The notes beneath the pieces were generated by a model, which searched no databases, had not been told where the DNA came from, and saw nothing but the letters and a program-made list of their open reading frames with translations. A DNA stretch of 32,000 nt from Dubosiella newyorkensis. Its GTDB lineage: Bacteria > Bacillota_I > Bacilli_A > Erysipelotrichales > Erysipelotrichaceae. The stretch lies in assembly GCF_001945605.1 (NCBI RefSeq), contig NZ_MPKA01000067.1, positions 1-32,000 on the forward strand, in the 5' to 3' direction. The position numbers were made by a program, and so were the translations under genes. Positions within the stretch are counted from its first letter, which is position 1. Each line of letters opens with the position of its first letter. Shown in pieces: positions 27,431 to 32,000 of this stretch.

Positions 27431-27439
27431 CGTAAGTCG
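27422..27439. repeat. inverted-repeat arm L (CTTCATCAACGTAAGTCG); plus-strand relic of an hsdS 3' end (..IKLHQRKSLLKS*)
   Basis: Exact reverse complement of 28404-28421. Read on the plus strand it encodes LHQRKS, the conserved C-terminal motif of HsdS. Confidence 0.85.
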
Positions 27440-27450
27440 CTATTAAAATC

Positions 27451-28377
27451 TTAACCGAGTGTGGATAAAGATCTCATAACCAGATCTATATCCTTGTTTT
27501 CTAATTCTTGAATAATATGTATATAAGTCTTTTGGGTCGTAGTCATACTCGCATGTCCTAACCGACGTGCAACACTTGCTGTGGAAACACCCGCAAACAA
27601 TAACAATGAGGCATGAGTATGACGAAGTCCATGAATTGTAATGACTGGAATATTCGTCTCCCTGCAGTGTCTAGCCAAAACATCATTTGCTGTTGAATTA
27701 TAGATTTTCTTATTTACAAAAATCGGATCTTCTTCCGGTAAATTTTTAACTAACGTTGAAAATTGAACGACTGTTTGCCAATCAATTTGAATTTTACGAA
27801 CAGAAGAAGCATTCTTGGTAGGTAAAAAACCGCCACTTCCTTTGTAATCCCAAGTTTTTGAAACCGATATAGTTTGCCTAGAAAAATCAAAATCTTTTGG
27901 TGTAATAGCAAGAGCTTCTGAAAATCGCATTCCTGTTTTAGCTACAAGCAAAATAAACCAATCCCATGAAATTTCTTCTTTTAAATAAAGAGAGGCTATA
28001 AGAGTATGGAGTTCATATTGATTTAAGTATTTAATTTTCTTATCCCTGGGCTGTTTCCCTTTTATGATTGCTTTACGTGTTGGATCTCTTGGAATTAGAC
28101 CTTCATCAACCGCATCTAAAATAGCTCCCTTTAGCTGATGATGAAAATCCATCGTAGTTTGTTTTTCGTGATCTAGAGCATAATCATTCAAAATCTGTTG
28201 ATACGTTATTCTAGATAAATCTCCAAGATGTAAATTAGGCGCTAACTTTTTTACCCACCTCAATGACATATAATACTTATTTAATGTTACGTCACGAATA
28301 GCACCTTTCTTATAAACTTCGATCCATTTTTCAAAATATTCCCAAAACAGAATTGTATTATTAACTTCATTAATCAT
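27451..28377 (-). CDS. tyrosine site-specific recombinase (phage-integrase family, hsdS-shufflon type)
   Basis: Catalytic residues in GMRFSEALAI (R), HGLRHTHASLLL (HxxR) and LGHASMTTTQKTYIHI (H, Y). ATG 28377 has GGAG 9 nt upstream. The ORF-track ATG 28401 (ATGA overlap with the hsdS' stop) is an alternative start. Confidence 0.9.
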   Translation of the reverse strand: MINEVNNTILFWEYFEKWIEVYKKGAIRDVTLNKYYMSLRWVKKLAPNLHLGDLSRITYQQILNDYALDHEKQTTMDFHHQLKGAILDAVDEGLIPRDPTRKAIIKGKQPRDKKIKYLNQYELHTLIASLYLKEEISWDWFILLVAKTGMRFSEALAITPKDFDFSRQTISVSKTWDYKGSGGFLPTKNASSVRKIQIDWQTVVQFSTLVKNLPEEDPIFVNKKIYNSTANDVLARHCRETNIPVITIHGLRHTHASLLLFAGVSTASVARRLGHASMTTTQKTYIHIIQELENKDIDLVMRSLSTLG

Positions 28378-28403
28378 CTTTTTTTCTCCATCTTTGTTCA
28401 TAA

Positions 28404-28421
28404 CGACTTACGTTGATGAAG
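28404..28421. repeat. inverted-repeat arm R (CGACTTACGTTGATGAAG) at the 3' end of the silent hsdS cassette
   Basis: Exact reverse complement of 27422-27439. Encodes LHQRKS on the minus strand. Confidence 0.85.
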
Positions 28422-28959
28422 GGTGATAAGGTGATCGAGATAATTAAAAAAATTTCCAATCTTTCCTTGTTCCACTAGAGATTTTGGATAAGATATATAA
28501 GTTGACTTTAAAGAAGTTTTAGAAATTGAACTAACTTTAATCCCTTGTGTTAACGGGAGCAATTGATCATGATAATAAGCTGAATTTAAATAATAGCCAA
28601 GATAACGTGGCGCAAATTTACTTTGTGGTCGATAAGGAATAGTATGTAACCCAGAAATCACAATTTCTTCCGTTAATCCTTCAATTTCTGTACATTTCCC
28701 CACAGTTTCATCTTCAGCTGTATCTGCCATAACGATATCGCCATTTTTTAAAAATGATTCTTTATATTTTGAAATGATAGATTCATCTTTTATTGTTGGT
28801 AATTCCTCTTTTTTTACATTTAGTACTTCACTAAAAATAACTAATAAATCTCCATAGTGAACATTTTTAACTTTTCCTTCTCCAGACGATAGTTCAGCTC
28901 TTGAAAGAGTATTATTTTGTAAGTTTATAAATGCTTCGCCTAACCTTCGCTGTTCCCAA
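28407..28959. repeat. 553-bp direct repeat, copy 1 (TRD1 cassette)
   Basis: Same orientation as 31418-31970 (offset 3011 bp). One mismatch (28413 T vs 31424 C); 28414-28959 is identical to 31425-31970 by eye. Confidence 0.9.
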
Positions 28960-28999
28960 ACAAAAACAAAAGGAGAGCAAAAAAAATAAATTGGCTCTC
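28958..28999 (-). terminator. weak terminator-like hairpin between hsdM and the silent cassette
   Basis: Minus strand: GAGAGC-(15 nt)-GCTCTC followed by CTTTTGTTTTTGTTT. Confidence 0.4.
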
Positions 29000-29083
29000 A
29001 AATTCTCTCTTTCAATTTTTTATAACAAATTGGATTGAATTGAATCAAATTGAACAAAAAATCTATATTTTTTATATGAGTTT

Positions 29084-30697
29084 CTACTGAATTGGGGTTA
29101 ATCCTAACATTTTTAATTGTTCATTGATTTCTTTTTGAAGCTTTTGAATCTCTTCATCATCTTTAGATATTTCACGAATGACTGCTTCAAGATCAATTTC
29201 TTCTTCAGGCTCAGAAGTATCAACATATCTTGGAATGTTTAGATTATAATCATTACTCTCTATCTCAGCGTAAGTAGCTACATGTGAATACTTATCTATA
29301 TCTTCTCGATTCTTGTAAGTTTGGTAAATTTTTTCAATATTCTCTTTTGTTAAAATATTTTTGTTTTTTATTTTTTCGTACTCGTTGCTTGCATCAATAA
29401 AAAATACATCTCTAGTCTTTTTGTTACGCTTTAGAACCATAATAATGGTTGGAATACTCGTTCCATAAAACAAATTAGCTGGTAATCCAATAATAGTATC
29501 AATCAAGTTTTTCTTAATTAGATTTTCTCGAATCATTCCTTCTGCAGCACCTCTAAAAAGAACTCCATGAGGTAATACGATTGCCATAGTTCCTTCACTA
29601 TTTAGATGAAAGAGTCCGTGAAGAAGAAATGCATAGTCCGCTTTAGATTTTGGAGCAGTTCTTCCATAGTCTTTGTATCGCGGATCTTTAATCGTGCTTT
29701 CAGTTGGTTCCCATTTTGCAGAATATGGCGGATTTGCTACGACCGCATCAAATGAACGTGGATGATCGATTCCTTTTGCATCTGGTCCATCTGGCCAGTC
29801 TCTCCCCAACGTATTCGCATTACTAATATGCATATTTTGATAGTTAACACCATGCATCATTAGATTCATCCGAGCTAAGTTATATGTTGTTGTATTCATT
29901 TCTTGCCCATAATATTGAATAGCTCCCGGTTTATGACCACCTTTTAACTCATCTCCTACCGTAAGCAGCAAAGAACCTGACCCACAAGTAGGATCGTATA
30001 CAGTAAAGGCTTGCTTTTCAGCTTCTTTATCTTCTGTTACAATCTTAGCCATTACTATAGAAACTTCGTGAGGAGTATAAAACTCTCCGCCCTTTTTTCC
30101 TGCTGACGCAGCAAATTGTTGAATTAAATACTCATAAATTGATCCTAAAACATCTTTTCCAGAATCATCTTTATAAGCAATATCATTCACTAAATTTACA
30201 ATTTTATTTAACGACTTTGCACGATCAACCGTTGTCGTTCCTAATCGAGAGTCGCCTAAATTTACATCACTAAATACGCCATAAAAGTCAATCTCGGCTT
30301 CCTTATTCATTTTGGTACTCGCATTGAATTCATCAAATATTTTTTGATAATCGCTTGGAATCACCTTAGAATTATTAATTTTATCGATTAAGGATTGCCA
30401 TGTATTCTCAGGCATAATTCCATAACCAAGAGCTGAAGTTAATTCTTCCAAAAAATCTTTTCTATTTTCTTCATTATTGGCATCTTTTGCATAAGCTTCA
30501 TTAACCGTCATACCAGGTTCAACTATTATCAAGTCTTGATCAACCAAATAATTCATCTGTTTTTCTGAAAGATACCGATAAAACATAAAAGCTAAAATAT
30601 AGTTTTTATATTCAGAAGCATCCATTGTTCCACGAAGCTTATTAGCCATCTCCCAAAGAGAAGACTTGATTTCATCTAATTTTCTTTTTTCTGACAT
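29084..30697 (-). CDS. hsdM: Type I restriction-modification system methyltransferase subunit
   Basis: N-terminal HsdM_N pattern (LWEMANKLRG..YKNYILAFMFYRYLS), AdoMet motif DPTCGSGSLLL, catalytic NPPYS. Confidence 0.95.
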   Translation of the reverse strand: MSEKRKLDEIKSSLWEMANKLRGTMDASEYKNYILAFMFYRYLSEKQMNYLVDQDLIIVEPGMTVNEAYAKDANNEENRKDFLEELTSALGYGIMPENTWQSLIDKINNSKVIPSDYQKIFDEFNASTKMNKEAEIDFYGVFSDVNLGDSRLGTTTVDRAKSLNKIVNLVNDIAYKDDSGKDVLGSIYEYLIQQFAASAGKKGGEFYTPHEVSIVMAKIVTEDKEAEKQAFTVYDPTCGSGSLLLTVGDELKGGHKPGAIQYYGQEMNTTTYNLARMNLMMHGVNYQNMHISNANTLGRDWPDGPDAKGIDHPRSFDAVVANPPYSAKWEPTESTIKDPRYKDYGRTAPKSKADYAFLLHGLFHLNSEGTMAIVLPHGVLFRGAAEGMIRENLIKKNLIDTIIGLPANLFYGTSIPTIIMVLKRNKKTRDVFFIDASNEYEKIKNKNILTKENIEKIYQTYKNREDIDKYSHVATYAEIESNDYNLNIPRYVDTSEPEEEIDLEAVIREISKDDEEIQKLQKEINEQLKMLGLTPIQ

Positions 30698-30703
30698 ATT
30701 CTT

Positions 30704-30720
30704 TATCCTATTAAATAGGA
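30704..30720. promoter_or_regulatory. 17-bp perfect palindrome ATCCTATT-A-AATAGGAT just upstream of the hsdM ATG
   Basis: Lies between an AAAGGAGA SD-like sequence and the hsdM start (7 nt from the ATG). Function unknown. Confidence 0.3.
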
Positions 30721-30760
30721 TTCTCCTTTCTTTTATATCAAATTGTAATCTGCTTAATCA

Positions 30761-32000
30761 TTAAACAAACATTTGTTGTAAGAGTCCTTTTTTCAATTCT
30801 TTCAAGTGATCTAGCTTTCGCTGATGAAGGGTAATAAGATGGTCAATCTGGTTAAAAAATAAAGCGATTCTTTCTTGTTCTTGTTTTGAAGGATAAATCA
30901 TCAAATATTTCAACATTTCTTCAATCTTTAATACTCGATTTCTTCCAGCTCCTCCTGGTGAAGATAACCATAAATGATGACGAAACCGCTCATCAATAAT
31001 CACATATCGGAAAAAATCTGGAACCATATCATCGTGAAACGAGAACTGAGGGAATCGATGAGAAACAAGCTTTCCAGCATCGTTTATATCTGTAATAGCT
31101 ACAGCATGTTCCCATCCAAAAGTAATATTTACGATAAATTTTCCCTCTGCTACCCGATACATCTGGGCTGTCTCTAACTCATTCCCTTTTTTTACGTAGC
31201 TGTGAAAAGTACCTTTTGCATGACTTCTAATGCCTAAACGATTATATCCTTCATGGGGCGTATTTACAGCATCGACATATTTATCCACTATTTCTCCAAA
31301 CCTACGCTGTTCCCAATCGTTTTTGAATCCTGGGAAGCGTAACTCGGGAACTTTTTCTCCATTTTTTGGAAACATTTTTTGCAATAAGCCTTTTTTTAAC
31401 TTTTTTAGATCATCAAGCTTACGCTGATGAAGGGTGATAAGGTGATCGAGATAATTAAAAAAATTTCCAATCTTTCCTTGTTCCACTAGAGATTTTGGAT
31501 AAGATATATAAGTTGACTTTAAAGAAGTTTTAGAAATTGAACTAACTTTAATCCCTTGTGTTAACGGGAGCAATTGATCATGATAATAAGCTGAATTTAA
31601 ATAATAGCCAAGATAACGTGGCGCAAATTTACTTTGTGGTCGATAAGGAATAGTATGTAACCCAGAAATCACAATTTCTTCCGTTAATCCTTCAATTTCT
31701 GTACATTTCCCCACAGTTTCATCTTCAGCTGTATCTGCCATAACGATATCGCCATTTTTTAAAAATGATTCTTTATATTTTGAAATGATAGATTCATCTT
31801 TTATTGTTGGTAATTCCTCTTTTTTTACATTTAGTACTTCACTAAAAATAACTAATAAATCTCCATAGTGAACATTTTTAACTTTTCCTTCTCCAGACGA
31901 TAGTTCAGCTCTTGAAAGAGTATTATTTTGTAAGTTTATAAATGCTTCGCCTAACCTTCGCTGTTCCCAAGGTTCCGTAAATCCAGGGAATCTCAACTTA
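30761..32000 (-). CDS. hsdS: Type I R-M specificity subunit, two TRDs (5' end at or beyond the window edge)
   Basis: Two TRDs, each preceded by RFPGF..WEQRR and followed by HLITLHQRKLD..LKKGLLQ.MF. The ORF-track start at 31996 is a TTG and the frame is still open at base 32000. Confidence 0.9.
   Translation of the reverse strand, partial: KLRFPGFTEPWEQRRLGEAFINLQNNTLSRAELSSGEGKVKNVHYGDLLVIFSEVLNVKKEELPTIKDESIISKYKESFLKNGDIVMADTAEDETVGKCTEIEGLTEEIVISGLHTIPYRPQSKFAPRYLGYYLNSAYYHDQLLPLTQGIKVSSISKTSLKSTYISYPKSLVEQGKIGNFFNYLDHLITLHQRKLDDLKKLKKGLLQKMFPKNGEKVPELRFPGFKNDWEQRRFGEIVDKYVDAVNTPHEGYNRLGIRSHAKGTFHSYVKKGNELETAQMYRVAEGKFIVNITFGWEHAVAITDINDAGKLVSHRFPQFSFHDDMVPDFFRYVIIDERFRHHLWLSSPGGAGRNRVLKIEEMLKYLMIYPSKQEQERIALFFNQIDHLITLHQRKLDHLKELKKGLLQQMFV
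31418..31970. repeat. 553-bp direct repeat, copy 2 (TRD1 of the expressed hsdS)
   Basis: See copy 1. Boundaries coincide with the WEQRR-coding core (CGCTGTTCCCAA) and the LHQRK-coding core (CTTACGCTGATGAAG). Confidence 0.9.

Larger units (their letters stand above)
28398..28997 (-). pseudogene. hsdS': start-less hsdS half-gene (silent TRD1 cassette)
   Basis: The frame is open from the TGA at 28998-29000 down to the stop at 28398. There is no ATG/GTG/TTG before WEQRRLGEAF. It encodes the same TRD as residues about 10-192 of the full HsdS. The ORF track reports only its internal Met fragment (28398..28730). Confidence 0.8.
26590..32000. other. AT-rich accessory segment (Type I R-M locus, recombinase, GIY-YIG-like gene), open at the window end
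   Basis: Base composition and codon usage shift visibly toward A/T right after the ilvC terminator. Content is defence and recombination genes. Confidence 0.6.

Noticed and set aside
29026-29052. CAAATTGGATTGAATTGAATCAAATTG repeat-like stretch, considered as a CRISPR or recombinase site
   Set aside because: It is a single short low-complexity AT-rich element with ATTGA iterations. There is no spacer-repeat periodicity and no second copy elsewhere in the window.

Overview
About 26.5 kb of mostly minus-strand chromosomal sequence, followed from about 26.6 kb by a visibly AT-richer accessory segment that runs to the window end. The host looks like a Bacillota (Firmicutes) genome: the trp operon is T-box regulated and genes carry GGAGG-type RBSs. 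The fused PotC-PotD and enlarged PotA hint at an Erysipelotrichia or Mollicutes-related lineage, but that is inference only. Gene order by coordinate: a polyamine ABC importer operon (HTH-cupin regulator, potA, potB, fused potC-potD); a rhodanese; a K+ uptake operon (TPR protein, split TrkA, TrkH) divergent from an N-terminally short KdpD-like kinase and its KdpE-like regulator; a tripartite hipB-hipS-hipT toxin-antitoxin operon with three palindromic operators; a tldD-pmbA-sseB-like operon; a 166-aa orphan; and a complete trpEGDCFBA operon behind a Trp T-box leader (UGG specifier). In that operon trpE is broken by a 1-nt frameshift in a homopolymer. Then come nanE plus a possible 28-aa membrane peptide, an acidic hypothetical protein, and ilvC. 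The AT-rich segment carries a T5orf172(GIY-YIG-like)/DUF4357-like protein, a tyrosine recombinase, a start-less hsdS cassette, hsdM and a full two-TRD hsdS that is cut by the window edge. No hsdR is visible. The most interesting structure is in this Type I R-M locus. The silent hsdS cassette is a 553-bp direct (not inverted) copy of TRD1 of the expressed hsdS, with 546 bp identical. The recombinase gene itself is bracketed by a perfect 18-bp inverted repeat made from the conserved hsdS LHQRK-coding core. An uncharacterised GIY-YIG-like gene with its own promoter sits immediately next to it. No rRNA, tRNA or CRISPR array was seen.
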